The notes: a model not told the origin generated them from the sequence alone. 64,000 nucleotides of DNA from Chitinophagales bacterium (GCA_017303875.1 JAFLBP010000031.1:1661-65660), one strand, 5' to 3'. Shown: positions 42,851 through 52,887, counted from the stretch's first letter. A program made the numbers and translations.

Positions 42851-44095
42851 ATGGATTTATTTGACCGCATTCTCAAACAAGCCGGCCCCTTGGGTAAATA
42901 CGCCGAAGTAGCTGAAGGCTACTACATGTTCCCACAACTTGAAGGCGAACTCGGCAACCGCATGAAATTCAAAGGCAAAGAAGTGGTTTGTTGGAGTATC
43001 AACAACTACCTCGGCTTAGCCAACCACCCGGAAGTACGCCAGGAAGATGCCGAAGCCGCTGCGCGCTGGGGCTTCGCTTACCCGATGGGCGCACGCATGA
43101 TGTCGGGTGAAACCACCCAACACCAGAAACTCGAACAACAGCTCGCTACGCATGTCGGCAAAGAAGCCGGCTTGTTGGTCAACTACGGCTATCAGGGCGT
43201 ACTCTCCGCCATTGATACGCTGCTGAGCCGCCACGATGTCGTTGTGTATGATGCTGAAAGCCACGCCTGCATCGTAGATGCCGTGCGCATGCACATGGGC
43301 AAACGCTTCGCCTTTACCCACAATGATATCGGCAGCCTCGAAAAATGCCTGGAACGCGCCAAACGCCTCACCGATGGCACCGAAGGCGGTATCCTCGTCA
43401 TCACCGAAGGCGTATTCGGGATGCGCGGCGATCAGGGCAAACTCCGCGAAATCTGCACATTAAAAGAAAAGTACGGTTTCCGACTCTTCATCGACGATGC
43501 CCACGGCTTCGGCATGCTCGGCGCTACCGGCGCAGGCGCCGCTGAAGAGCAAGGCGTTACCGATGATGTGGATATCTACTTCAGCACTTTCGCCAAAAGT
43601 ATGGCCCTCATCGGTGGCTTTCTCGCCGGCCGCAAAGAGGTCATCCAGTTCCTGAAGTACAACATGCGCTCGCAAATCTTCGCCAAGTCGCTGCCCATGC
43701 CCTTGGTAGAAGGCCTGCTCAAACGCTTCGAGCTGCTCAAAACCCGCCCGGAACTGCGCGAAAAACTTTGGTACAACGTCAATAAACTGCAAAACGGACT
43801 GAAAGAGCGCGGTTTCGACATCGGCGATACCAACACCTGCGTAACGCCCGTGTACATGCACGGCGAAGTGGAAGAAGCCATGGCCCTCGTGAAAGATATG
43901 CGCGAGAACTACGGCGTATTCTGCTCCATCGTAGTGTACCCGGTCATCCCGAAAGGTATGATTATCCTGCGCCTCATCCCCACCGCTGTACACACCGACG
44001 AAGACATCGAGCAAACGCTCGAAGCCTTCACCGCAGTGGGCGCCAAGCTCAAAAGCGGGGAATACAAAAACTGGGTACCTGAGGTAATTGCCTGA
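42851..44095 (+). CDS. Alpha-oxoamine synthase family PLP enzyme (KBL/BioF/serine-palmitoyltransferase-like)
   Basis: From ATG 42851: ..CWSINNYLGLANHPEV.., ..LFIDDAHGFG..G..G.G and the PLP-lysine context ..FSTFAKSMA.IGGF. Confidence 0.85.
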   Translation: MDLFDRILKQAGPLGKYAEVAEGYYMFPQLEGELGNRMKFKGKEVVCWSINNYLGLANHPEVRQEDAEAAARWGFAYPMGARMMSGETTQHQKLEQQLATHVGKEAGLLVNYGYQGVLSAIDTLLSRHDVVVYDAESHACIVDAVRMHMGKRFAFTHNDIGSLEKCLERAKRLTDGTEGGILVITEGVFGMRGDQGKLREICTLKEKYGFRLFIDDAHGFGMLGATGAGAAEEQGVTDDVDIYFSTFAKSMALIGGFLAGRKEVIQFLKYNMRSQIFAKSLPMPLVEGLLKRFELLKTRPELREKLWYNVNKLQNGLKERGFDIGDTNTCVTPVYMHGEVEEAMALVKDMRENYGVFCSIVVYPVIPKGMIILRLIPTAVHTDEDIEQTLEAFTAVGAKLKSGEYKNWVPEVIA

Positions 44096-44121
44096 ACGGA
44101 AACTTTGGGCTGAAAATATTT

Positions 44122-44161
44122 CGGGGTAAGCGACATGTAGCTGCTTACCCCGATTTTTTTT
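44122..44161 (+). terminator. Rho-independent terminator after the alpha-oxoamine synthase gene
   Basis: cggggtaagc (44122-44131) pairs with gcttaccccg (44143-44152), followed by T8 (44154-44161). Confidence 0.8.
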
Positions 44162-44184
44162 AATTGCCAGACGCTTGGGATGTG

Positions 44185-45123
44185 TTATTTGCCCGCAGCT
44201 TTACTCGGATCAAGCAGGTCGTAGAACTGATCCAGCTTGGGCAGGATGATAATCCGTGTCCGGCGATTGGTAGCCCGACCTGCCTCTGTATCATTGCTTG
44301 CAAGCGCATTATATTCGCCGCGACCGGCAGCAATAAGGCGATTGGGATTTACCTTGTACTGCTTCTGGAGTGCCCGAACGACAGCTGTAGCCCGCTTTAC
44401 GCTTAAGTCCCAGTTGTCTTCCATACAGCTGTTTTTAATGGGCACATTATCGGTATAACCTTCTACCATTACTTCCAGTTCGGGACGGGCACTGACAATC
44501 TGGGCTATTTTATCCAAAACCTCCTGTGCCCTTGGCGTAAGGGTTGCATTGCCGCTTTGGTACAGCATTTTATCAGAAAGATTGACAAATACTACCGTTT
44601 TGTCCACTTTAATTTCGATATCCCGATCTTCGATGCCATCGCGCAGCATTTGGGTAAGGTTAACTGCCAGGGCAAGGTTGATAGAGTCGGCGCGCGTTTT
44701 AGCCGCCTGCAATAAGTTCAGGTATTTATCCTTGCGTTCCAGTTGGGAGAGCGTTTCCCGGATATTATCGTTGGCCGACTTATTAATTTTGGTCAGATCA
44801 CCTACCTGAGAAAGCTGTTTATCGCGAAGGTTTTGACAATCAGCCAACTGCGATTTCAGAAACAGTATCTGATCTTCATACAATTGCTGCCCCTTCAAGG
44901 CATTGGCTCGTTCCTGTTCGCAAATCGAAAGGCGATTCATGTACTCATTAAGGCTGACGCCACATTTGCCAAGGTCTTTGTTGGCCGCAGCCAATTCTGT
45001 TTTGCTTAAAGCCAATTCCTGCTGAAGTGCCGTAAATTTCTTTTTCGCTACACAGGAGCTTAAACTTGCAAGCAACAAAAGCAGTAATGCGAATTTACTG
45101 AAAGTGTTCATCATATGAATCAA
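44185..45123 (-). CDS. OmpA/MotB-domain lipoprotein with a coiled-coil N-terminal half
   Basis: The lipobox-like sequence is LLLLASLSSC. The OmpA C-terminal region is VEGYTDNVPI.......NWDLSVKRATAV...L.......RL.AAGRGEY.P.A.N.T..GR..NRRT.I. Alternative ATGs lie at 45114 and 45111. Confidence 0.85.
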   Translation of the reverse strand: MIHMMNTFSKFALLLLLLASLSSCVAKKKFTALQQELALSKTELAAANKDLGKCGVSLNEYMNRLSICEQERANALKGQQLYEDQILFLKSQLADCQNLRDKQLSQVGDLTKINKSANDNIRETLSQLERKDKYLNLLQAAKTRADSINLALAVNLTQMLRDGIEDRDIEIKVDKTVVFVNLSDKMLYQSGNATLTPRAQEVLDKIAQIVSARPELEVMVEGYTDNVPIKNSCMEDNWDLSVKRATAVVRALQKQYKVNPNRLIAAGRGEYNALASNDTEAGRATNRRTRIIILPKLDQFYDLLDPSKAAGK

Positions 45124-45163
45124 TGTGTTTTATGAGTGTGGGTTAAACAATGCGCGTTGACAC

Positions 45164-45198
45164 GAAAAAAACGGGGCACTTTGCTTTCAAAGCGCCCC
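45164..45198 (-). terminator. Rho-independent terminator after the 1086-aa repeat protein gene
   Basis: The minus strand reads ggggcgctttg-aaag-caaagtgcccc followed by TTTTTTT. The stem is 45173-45183 / 45188-45198 with one mismatch, and the A-run is 45164-45171 on the + strand. Confidence 0.75.
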
Positions 45199-45251
45199 TC
45201 TGGTTTTAAACAAAATACACAAAATTTCCAAAGAAGTTCCCCGAATTTACC

Positions 45252-48200
45252 TTAGCGGGTGATCACAAGACGTTTGACAGAAACCACATTTTCACCTACC
45301 AATCGAACCAACAATACACCTTCCGGCAATGCATCCAGCGGAATGCGCACATTGGACGAATTCAAGGGGAGTGCCTGCAACAAACGTCCATTTTGCTCAT
45401 ATAATTCAATGCGCAGTGTAGCGTCGACAGGTAATTCCGACAACTGTATATCCACAAAATCAGAAGCCGGATTCGGTTGCAATTTCCAATTTTCCTGCGA
45501 TACCAGGTGCTTTGTTCCGACAATAGTCACCTGCGTACAGGTAGAAGTAATCACACAAGCGTCTTGCGTAACAATCACGGCATAACTACCGCTGCTTGCA
45601 GGCGTGAAACTGCTGCCTGTTGCACCACTGATTGGTTGATTGTTCTGACAATCAATCCATTGATAGCTTGAGTTGGCCGCAGCTGTCGCTACAAGGGTAT
45701 TGTTATCAAGCGCAACGCTCACGGTGGGCGTATTCACCACAAGCGTCAGTTGCACCGTAGAATCACAGCTATTGACACTCGACAATACTGCCGTATACAG
45801 ACCGGGCATCGTCAAGGTTTCACCATTAAAAACATAACTTTCACCGGCACAGATACTGGCATTGATCGCTGTGGGCGGAACTGCCGGGAAAATGGTCAGC
45901 ACCAATGTCACAAGGGAGTCGCAGCCATTTGCACCGGCCCCCGGGAAGTCGAAGGTGTAGGTTCCGCTGGTGGTCAGGGTCAGGCCATTGTACAAATATG
46001 GTGCGCCATCGCAGGAGTAGGCAGCAACCATACCCTGTGCCAGTGGCGCCACGCTAAGATTAAGTACCACAAGCGAATCGCAACCATTACTATTCTCCAA
46101 TACAGCAGAATATTGTCCGGCCTGAGTCAGTGCAGCCCCGTTAAAGAGGTAGCTGTCGCCGGCGCAAATACTTTCATTAATCGTAAGCACTTGTTCCGGC
46201 AGCACCGTCAGGTTGAGCACAATTGTAGAATCGCAGCCATTGGAGGCCGTTTGCAGGAAGCTGTAAGTGCCGGAGGTACTCAGTATCCCTCCATTAAATG
46301 AATATGTTTCTCCGTTGCAAATCGTGACATTTTCCTCCGTCTCAAGGGCGGGAAGCACCGTCAGGTTGAGCACAATTGTAGAATCACAGCCATTAGAGGC
46401 CGTTTGCAGGAAGTTGTAAGTGCCGGAGGTACTCAGTATCTGCCCATTGAACGGATATGTTTCTCCGTTGCAAATGGTGGCACTTACCGGCGTCTCAATG
46501 GCCGGCAGCACCGTCAGGCTGAGCACAATTGTAGAATCGCAGCCATTGGAGGCCGTTTGCAGGAAGCTGTAAGTGCCGGAGGTACTCAGTATTTGCCCGT
46601 TATACGGATATGTTTCTCCGTTGCAAATGGTGGCACTTTCCTGCGTCTCAAGGGCAGGCAGTACCGTCAGGTTGAGTACAATTGTGGAATCGCAGCCGCC
46701 GACAGCCGTAAATACTTTGGTGTAAACACCGGATGCTCCCAGGGTATCATTACCCAGGATAAAAGTTTCACCAGCACAAACCACCGCATCAAGTGTACTA
46801 CTGTAAGCCGGCACATAGTTCAACACCAAGGTAACTGTTGAGTCGCAGCCGGCAACCGTATTGAGCAAGGTATCATAAGTGCCTGCGGCATTAATGGTAT
46901 CTCCAAAAAAGACATACGATTCACCATCGCAAAGGGTCAGTTCAATGAACGTCGCAGCGCTCGGGAAAACATCAAGCCGGACAGAAACCAATGAGTCACA
47001 TCCATTTACGCCGTCGAACGTATAATTATAAACACCATTTTCAGTCAATGCATTACCATTATACCACAAAGTGTCACCCGTGCAGATGCTGTACAGCAGG
47101 GCTGTTTCCGCCACAGGCAGCACCTCAAGGGTGAGTACCAGTGTGGAGTCGCAACCATTGCTTGCGGTGAAGTTAAATTCATACACCCCACTTGCGGTCA
47201 GGGAAAGCCCACCGAACAGGTAGGGTTCATTGGCACAGGTAGTTGCATTTTGATTCGTGGAAATTTTGGGCAAAAACGTCAGGTTTAATGTCACGGTGGA
47301 GTCGCAGCCATTCCCGCCGGTATACGTTGCCGTATAAACGCCTGGCAAATCAAGACTATCGCCATTAAAGACATATATGTCGCCCGCACAAACGGAAGCC
47401 TCGATACTGCTTTCCAATAGCGGCAATACCTCAAGCGTCAGCGTCACGGTGGAGTCGCAACCATTCACGCCGGTATATTGATAGGCATAAATACCACTTT
47501 CACGCAAGGTATCTCCTTCAAAAAGGTAAATATCTCCCGTACAAATGCTTGCTTCGAGTGTCTCCGTAATTTGTGGCAACACGCTGAGTTGCAGCACCAG
47601 CAAAGAATCGCAACCACCGGCAGACAGCAGAGAATCAATATAAATGCCACTTGAACCAAGGGTATCTCCACCAAAAACATAGGTTTCTCCAAAACAGATT
47701 GACGCTTCAAAATTTACTTCAAAGTAATCAACCACGTCGAGCTGAAGTACAAGTACAGAGTCGCAGCCATTTACGGCAATCAAGGTGTCGCGATATGTAC
47801 CTGCGGCGCTAAGGGTATCGCCCTGAAAAATGTACGAATTGCCGGTACAAATTGTGGCGCTTAAGTTCGTTGCGGCTACAGGCAGCACCTTAAGGTCGAG
47901 TACAACGATGGAATCACAAAGCCCCACCGCCGTCAGGGTATCGGTATAAATACCACTTTGCGTCAGGGTGTCGCCATGAAAAACATAAAACGTATTGGCG
48001 CAAACCTGCGCTGACAGCTGAACCAGGTATTGATCTACAAGTGTAAGGTGCAGGGTAGCAATGGAATCGCAACCATTGGCAGCGCTCAAGGTAGCTTCAT
48101 AGGTGCCCGTTTCGGTAAGTACCTGACCGTTAAAAACTACGCTATCGCCTGCGCAGATTGCGATACTGTCGGTGCTGTAAGCAAGCGGCGACACTCCTAA

Positions 48201-48512
48201 ATCCAACACAAGCGTTGAGTCTTGTCCGTCGGCGCCTGTGAGCACCCGGGTGTAAATACCTGCTTCGCTGAGGGTATCCCCCTCAAATACGAGAAACGTA
48301 TTTTCGCAGATCTGAGCGTTTAAATAGGTGGTATCGCCTTCGGCCACCGGCTTAAAGTTGACGCCCGGCTGCCCGAAGTGGTCGGTGCCGGCATTGGCCG
48401 CTATAAGCCAAAGGGATAATATCGCCAGGACAGCGCACGACACCCCAAGTTTGTTAATCAGCGCTGCTTTGGAAGGCAGCAATGAAGTGATGATTTGTTT
48501 AAAATGTTGCAT
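45252..48512 (-). CDS. Large secreted protein with about 17 tandem Cys-containing modules of about 50 aa and a T9SS C-terminal sorting domain
   Basis: The module consensus is C.G(D/E).Y.F.G..L..(S/A)G.Y......NGCDS.V.L.L.V.P; I counted 17 (N/G)xCDS-type ends. The C-terminus is WKLQPNPASDFVDIQL...GVLLVRLVG....VKRLVITR. Confidence 0.8.
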   Translation of the reverse strand: MQHFKQIITSLLPSKAALINKLGVSCAVLAILSLWLIAANAGTDHFGQPGVNFKPVAEGDTTYLNAQICENTFLVFEGDTLSEAGIYTRVLTGADGQDSTLVLDLGVSPLAYSTDSIAICAGDSVVFNGQVLTETGTYEATLSAANGCDSIATLHLTLVDQYLVQLSAQVCANTFYVFHGDTLTQSGIYTDTLTAVGLCDSIVVLDLKVLPVAATNLSATICTGNSYIFQGDTLSAAGTYRDTLIAVNGCDSVLVLQLDVVDYFEVNFEASICFGETYVFGGDTLGSSGIYIDSLLSAGGCDSLLVLQLSVLPQITETLEASICTGDIYLFEGDTLRESGIYAYQYTGVNGCDSTVTLTLEVLPLLESSIEASVCAGDIYVFNGDSLDLPGVYTATYTGGNGCDSTVTLNLTFLPKISTNQNATTCANEPYLFGGLSLTASGVYEFNFTASNGCDSTLVLTLEVLPVAETALLYSICTGDTLWYNGNALTENGVYNYTFDGVNGCDSLVSVRLDVFPSAATFIELTLCDGESYVFFGDTINAAGTYDTLLNTVAGCDSTVTLVLNYVPAYSSTLDAVVCAGETFILGNDTLGASGVYTKVFTAVGGCDSTIVLNLTVLPALETQESATICNGETYPYNGQILSTSGTYSFLQTASNGCDSTIVLSLTVLPAIETPVSATICNGETYPFNGQILSTSGTYNFLQTASNGCDSTIVLNLTVLPALETEENVTICNGETYSFNGGILSTSGTYSFLQTASNGCDSTIVLNLTVLPEQVLTINESICAGDSYLFNGAALTQAGQYSAVLENSNGCDSLVVLNLSVAPLAQGMVAAYSCDGAPYLYNGLTLTTSGTYTFDFPGAGANGCDSLVTLVLTIFPAVPPTAINASICAGESYVFNGETLTMPGLYTAVLSSVNSCDSTVQLTLVVNTPTVSVALDNNTLVATAAANSSYQWIDCQNNQPISGATGSSFTPASSGSYAVIVTQDACVITSTCTQVTIVGTKHLVSQENWKLQPNPASDFVDIQLSELPVDATLRIELYEQNGRLLQALPLNSSNVRIPLDALPEGVLLVRLVGENVVSVKRLVITR

Positions 48513-48714
48513 GTGATTAAAAGTTGATGAAAGATTATAAAAATTCAGGCCCGCAGTGGCGCAGGTGAATTGTCGGTGAAAAGGATAAGGCTAATCAGAT
48601 TTGTAATTGGGGAACAAGCGGGGGTACTCAGTACCTACACCGGAAAATTAACGCTGCAAAAGTCCGGGCATAAGCCTTTAATGCCATTAAACAGCAGTTA
48701 AAATGTAATTAAAA

Positions 48715-50109
48715 TCAATTTTTAGGGAATGCAGGCAGCTGCACTTCAAATACAGTACCGCTACCCGATACGGAGCTGACCTGTAAATGGCCGCGATGCA
48801 AGTGCACAATTCGCTGACACAGGGAAAGCCCTATACCATAACCTTTTGCGTATACCTGCGCTTCAGCGGTTCGATAAAAAGGGGTAAAAATGCGCGGCAA
48901 ATCCTCTTGTGCGATCCCGATCCCTTTATCCCTGAACACGACATGAATAAAGGCAGGATCCACCCCGAATTGAATACGCACAGTATGGTCGGCCGAGAAC
49001 TTGCAGGCATTGTCCATCAGGTTAAGGAAGGCAGTACGCAACAAATATTCATTGCCCAGCACATTCAGTTGGGCTTCCTCTTCCGGGAGGGTTTCATATT
49101 CAAAAAGGAAATGATAGCCCGGATGCGTTTTAGCCAGTTCATTCTGTGCAGCAAACAGCACTTCATCCACGCGTACAGGCATCAGTTGCAATTTGCGTTG
49201 CTCAATATCCGACTGGGCAAGCGTGAGCAGTCCGTTGGTCAGCTCAATGAGGGTCTGTGTATCATCCAGCACCGAGTGCAGCGTGCGTTCATACTCATCG
49301 GCATCGCGTTTTTTCTCCAAGACAAGCTGTAGCTGACTGGATATGGCCGCCAGCGGGGTGCGCAGCTCATGAGAGGCGCTGCTTACAAACTGTTGCTGCA
49401 TTTCAAAGGAGGATTCCAGTCGCCGGAGCATCAGATTAAAATTAATGGCCAATTGAGCCACCTCATCACTTCGCTGCCCTTCATCCACGCGTTTATTCAG
49501 GTTGCCAGCATTAATCTCTGAAATTTCCTGATTCAAGGCTGCCACAGGGCGCAGTACAATCTGGGAAAACACCGCGCCGGCCAATACGATGGCGAGTATA
49601 CCAATGGTAAAACCGATTAATAACACATTGCGCAGGTTTACCAGTTTGCTGCGTCCATAACGGTCTATCGCCGACGACAACACCACATAATTGCCTTCTT
49701 CCCGCTGAAAAACAAAACCCACCCGTTCAACACCCGCTTTTGACTCCCGTATCACGCCCTGCTCCCGGATTTGCCGGATTAATTCAGGAGGACAATCTAA
49801 GGGCAAATCATCCAGGCTGCTGTACATCAGTGCATCATCCGGCGCAAAAACAACAATTTTTTCCTGAAACATGGCATGAATCGTGTTCTTGTCGATAATG
49901 CGCAACAAATTATTGTCTACCTCCTGCACCGTAACCAACAGGCGCGCCGTCGTCAGGCCACGACTCTCTAAACGCTCATAAAACTCCTCCCGGCGATATT
50001 CCGCAGAGGCATAATATACTGCCACAGAAAAAACAAGCAAAATAGTGGCAACAATTGCCGTAAACCGGAGCGTGAGCTTGGTGCGGATATTCATAAGCTT
50101 AACCGGCAA
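48715..50109 (-). CDS. Sensor histidine kinase (TM-HAMP-HisKA-HATPase_c)
   Basis: The H-box is SASHELRTPLAAI, followed by N-, G1- and G2-like motifs (..NLMDNACKFS.., ..DKGIGI.., ..GYGIGLS..). There are two N-terminal TM segments. Confidence 0.9.
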   Translation of the reverse strand: MPVKLMNIRTKLTLRFTAIVATILLVFSVAVYYASAEYRREEFYERLESRGLTTARLLVTVQEVDNNLLRIIDKNTIHAMFQEKIVVFAPDDALMYSSLDDLPLDCPPELIRQIREQGVIRESKAGVERVGFVFQREEGNYVVLSSAIDRYGRSKLVNLRNVLLIGFTIGILAIVLAGAVFSQIVLRPVAALNQEISEINAGNLNKRVDEGQRSDEVAQLAINFNLMLRRLESSFEMQQQFVSSASHELRTPLAAISSQLQLVLEKKRDADEYERTLHSVLDDTQTLIELTNGLLTLAQSDIEQRKLQLMPVRVDEVLFAAQNELAKTHPGYHFLFEYETLPEEEAQLNVLGNEYLLRTAFLNLMDNACKFSADHTVRIQFGVDPAFIHVVFRDKGIGIAQEDLPRIFTPFYRTAEAQVYAKGYGIGLSLCQRIVHLHRGHLQVSSVSGSGTVFEVQLPAFPKN

Positions 50110-50800
50110 TTACCCCGATATAATATCCTAATCCGGGTTTGGTATGAATCAATTTGGGTTCAAAATTACGGTCAATCTTTTTGCGCAAAAAATTGATATA
50201 CACTTCCACTACATTGGTGCCGGTATCAAAATTTACATCCCAAACCGCCTCAACGATTTCATGCCTTGAGGCAATCCGGCCATTCAGCCGCAGCAAATAT
50301 TCCAGCAGGCAGTACTCTTTGGCCGTAAGTTCAATGGGCTGCCCGTTGCGCCTGACCGATTTAAAAGCCGTATTCATTTCCAGATCCGCAACCTGTAATA
50401 CTTCATCCTCATTGTCGCCTCCGGCCGAATTGCTGTTGCGCCGAAGCAAGGTTTTTATGCGAACCGTCAGCTCGCGCAAATCAAAGGGTTTTACCAGGTA
50501 ATCATCAGCACCGGCATCAAAACCCATAAGTTTTTGTTCAATACTGCCCAGGGCCGTTACCATAATAATTGGGATTGCCGGATTAGCCGTTCTGATTTCC
50601 CGACACAGCTCCTGCCCGCTGATATACGGCAAATTAAGATCCAGCAAAATAAGGTCGTACTTATTTTGCCGGATCAAAAAACGCCCCACGGCGCCATCTG
50701 GTGCAAGTTCAACGGCAAAACCGTTTTCTTCCAGCCAGGTGCGAACTGACGCAGCAACTTTAGGCTCATCTTCGACAAGCAGAATGCGATATTTTTGCAT
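50099..50800 (-). CDS. OmpR-family response regulator
   Basis: The receiver is ILLVEDEP..., DLILLDLNLP and ..VKPF. The winged-helix C-terminus is ..LTAKEY.LLEYL......SR..I...VW and ...IHTKPG.GY. It overlaps the kinase gene by 11 nt. Confidence 0.9.
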   Translation of the reverse strand: MQKYRILLVEDEPKVAASVRTWLEENGFAVELAPDGAVGRFLIRQNKYDLILLDLNLPYISGQELCREIRTANPAIPIIMVTALGSIEQKLMGFDAGADDYLVKPFDLRELTVRIKTLLRRNSNSAGGDNEDEVLQVADLEMNTAFKSVRRNGQPIELTAKEYCLLEYLLRLNGRIASRHEIVEAVWDVNFDTGTNVVEVYINFLRKKIDRNFEPKLIHTKPGLGYYIGVIAG

Positions 50801-50872
50801 AATTTACCGCAAAATTAAGCTGCATTCAAGCAAGGGGCCTTAAATGCTGATTAAAAAAGCAGGGCAATTGGC

Positions 50873-51559
50873 CTACTGCCCGTATTTACTCAACTCCATC
50901 CAGCCCTCGGATTTGCCATTTTTGTCGTAATTCTCGGATTTGACAAGGCCCACCCCCGGCGCCATCCATTGCACCACGTGGAAGGTGCGGGATATAATGG
51001 CATTAACCTCCATATCATAGGAAATTTTGTAAGCCTCAAATGTTCCGGCTTTTACCGTAATACTTTCTTTGGTTTCAACCTTGCGATTAGAGATAGTAAA
51101 GGTCATTTTCATGATCTGAATACCGCCGGATTTCAGGCTCATCGTCAGGTCGCCGCCAGACAGGGTTTGTCCCGGACTGAGTTTTGAAGGCATTTCTAAG
51201 GGCGTACCGCTCACCGTTACTTCGCCGTCTTTGAAAGCGCGGGTGAGGTCGCCGCTCAGCATGGAACGCAAATCAATGTATACCATACCTTTGGCACAAA
51301 TGGCGTCTACCGTTCCGGCGCCCACTTCTTTGCCTTTTTCATTAAAGGTCTGCGATTTGATGGTGGCCTTCATGCTGTCGCGCACCTGCGTGATGGAAAG
51401 CACTTCCGAACTGCTGCTGCTTTGCAGCTTGCCTTTTTTATCATAATTGTCAAAAGTGTAGCGCATCCCCTTGGTGTAGGGGAAAAAATCACTTTTGCAA
51501 TCCTGTGCATTGGACAAAAAGGGGGTAAGCAGTAAAATCAGGACAAAAAAACGTTGCAT
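50873..51559 (-). CDS. Hypothetical secreted protein
   Basis: From ATG 51559: MQRFFVLILLLTPFLSNAQ is a signal peptide. I recognise no family. Confidence 0.6.
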   Translation of the reverse strand: MQRFFVLILLLTPFLSNAQDCKSDFFPYTKGMRYTFDNYDKKGKLQSSSSSEVLSITQVRDSMKATIKSQTFNEKGKEVGAGTVDAICAKGMVYIDLRSMLSGDLTRAFKDGEVTVSGTPLEMPSKLSPGQTLSGGDLTMSLKSGGIQIMKMTFTISNRKVETKESITVKAGTFEAYKISYDMEVNAIISRTFHVVQWMAPGVGLVKSENYDKNGKSEGWMELSKYGQ

Positions 51560-51739
51560 GTTGTATCGGTTTGAGTTTGAACAAAATTGATCAGATAGTC
51601 GTAAGCCGCGCCGGCAGGTAAAGCATACGGCACACAAGGATATGCAAAATTATTACTTTCAAGTGAAGATAATACGTCGGCAAAACGCTACTTTCGCAGC
51701 AGTACATCTTTCCCCGAAAATAAAAAACATACGAACACA

Positions 51740-52831
51740 ATGATCCAGAGTATCCAGACAGAAGTTGACGCCTGCTACCTCTACCAGAAACTGGCAGAAA
51801 ACGAGTCCGAACCCGTTGTCGCAGAAGTATTTCGCGAAATGAGCGATATTGAAAAAGGCCATGCCCTTGCTTTTCTGCGCAAACATTATCCCGATCAGGC
51901 GGGCGAGCTGCCGCCGCCTTCGCGCCGCGCCCGCACCCTGAATACCATCGGCAAATTATTCGGCTACGATTATGTGCTTGGCGTTTTGATGGACACAGAA
52001 AAAAGCCTCGCCAACGGGGTTTTAAAAGCTAAAAAAAATCTCAACCTGCCGGTGCGCGGCACAGAAAGCAACCACGTCACCATCCTGCGTACGCTGGTGG
52101 AAAAAGACCCGCGCATTGCCGGCGAACAACTCGCCAAGTTTGAACGCCGGCACCGCACCCTTGGCGGAAATGCCCTGCGCGCTGCCGTCATGGGCGGCAA
52201 CGATGGCTTAGTGTCCAATTTCAGCCTGGTAATGGGCGTTGCAGGTGCTACTTCCGGACAGGAAGGCGTACTCGTGGCCGGACTTGCTGGTTTGCTGGCT
52301 GGCGCACTCTCCATGTCGCTCGGCGAATGGATTTCGGTTAAAAGTTCTCAGGAGCTGTACGAAAACCAGATGGAGATCGAGATGGAAGAACTGGAAGTAA
52401 ACCCGGAAGGCGAAATGCGCGAGCTGGTACTCATTTACCGGGCCAAAGGCATTCCGGAAGCACAGGCCAGGGAGATGGCAGCCGAGCTGATGAAAGACAA
52501 AGACGAGGCCCACAAGGTACTGGTTAAGGAAGAGTTGGGCTTTAGTTCCGAGGAAATGGAAGGCTCGCCCATGGAAGCCGCGCTGTATTCCTTTTTCCTG
52601 TTTGCCATTGGCGCCATTATCCCCGTTTTCCCGTTCTTTTTTGTGCAGGGCACTACCGGCATTATACTGAGCGCGGCCATCAGCGCGGTCGGTTTGTTTA
52701 TCATTGGTGCGGCCATTACCTTGTTTACAGGTCGCAATTTATGGCGTTCCGGTTTCCGACAAATGCTGTTCGGGCTGGCTGCCGCCGCCATCACATTTGG
52801 CGTGGGCAAGCTGATAGGAGTGTCGATTTAA
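51740..52831 (+). CDS. VIT1/CCC1-family iron/manganese transporter with an N-terminal ferritin-like domain
   Basis: ..LRAAVMGGNDGLVSNFSLVMGVAGA.., ..GALSMSLGEWISV.S and C-terminal TM helices. The N-terminal helical part is Y.KLAE.E......F..M...E..HA. Confidence 0.85.
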   Translation: MIQSIQTEVDACYLYQKLAENESEPVVAEVFREMSDIEKGHALAFLRKHYPDQAGELPPPSRRARTLNTIGKLFGYDYVLGVLMDTEKSLANGVLKAKKNLNLPVRGTESNHVTILRTLVEKDPRIAGEQLAKFERRHRTLGGNALRAAVMGGNDGLVSNFSLVMGVAGATSGQEGVLVAGLAGLLAGALSMSLGEWISVKSSQELYENQMEIEMEELEVNPEGEMRELVLIYRAKGIPEAQAREMAAELMKDKDEAHKVLVKEELGFSSEEMEGSPMEAALYSFFLFAIGAIIPVFPFFFVQGTTGIILSAAISAVGLFIIGAAITLFTGRNLWRSGFRQMLFGLAAAAITFGVGKLIGVSI

Positions 52832-52844
52832 ACACTTGTACAGC

Positions 52845-52887
52845 GCAATTGTATCGTGTTTTTACGTGAAAAACACGATACAATTGC
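52845..52887. terminator. Perfect 19-bp stem hairpin between convergent genes (bidirectional terminator)
   Basis: gcaattgtatcgtgttttt (52845-52863), loop acgtg, then aaaaacacgatacaattgc (52869-52887). The U/A tracts are built into the stem ends. Confidence 0.8.
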
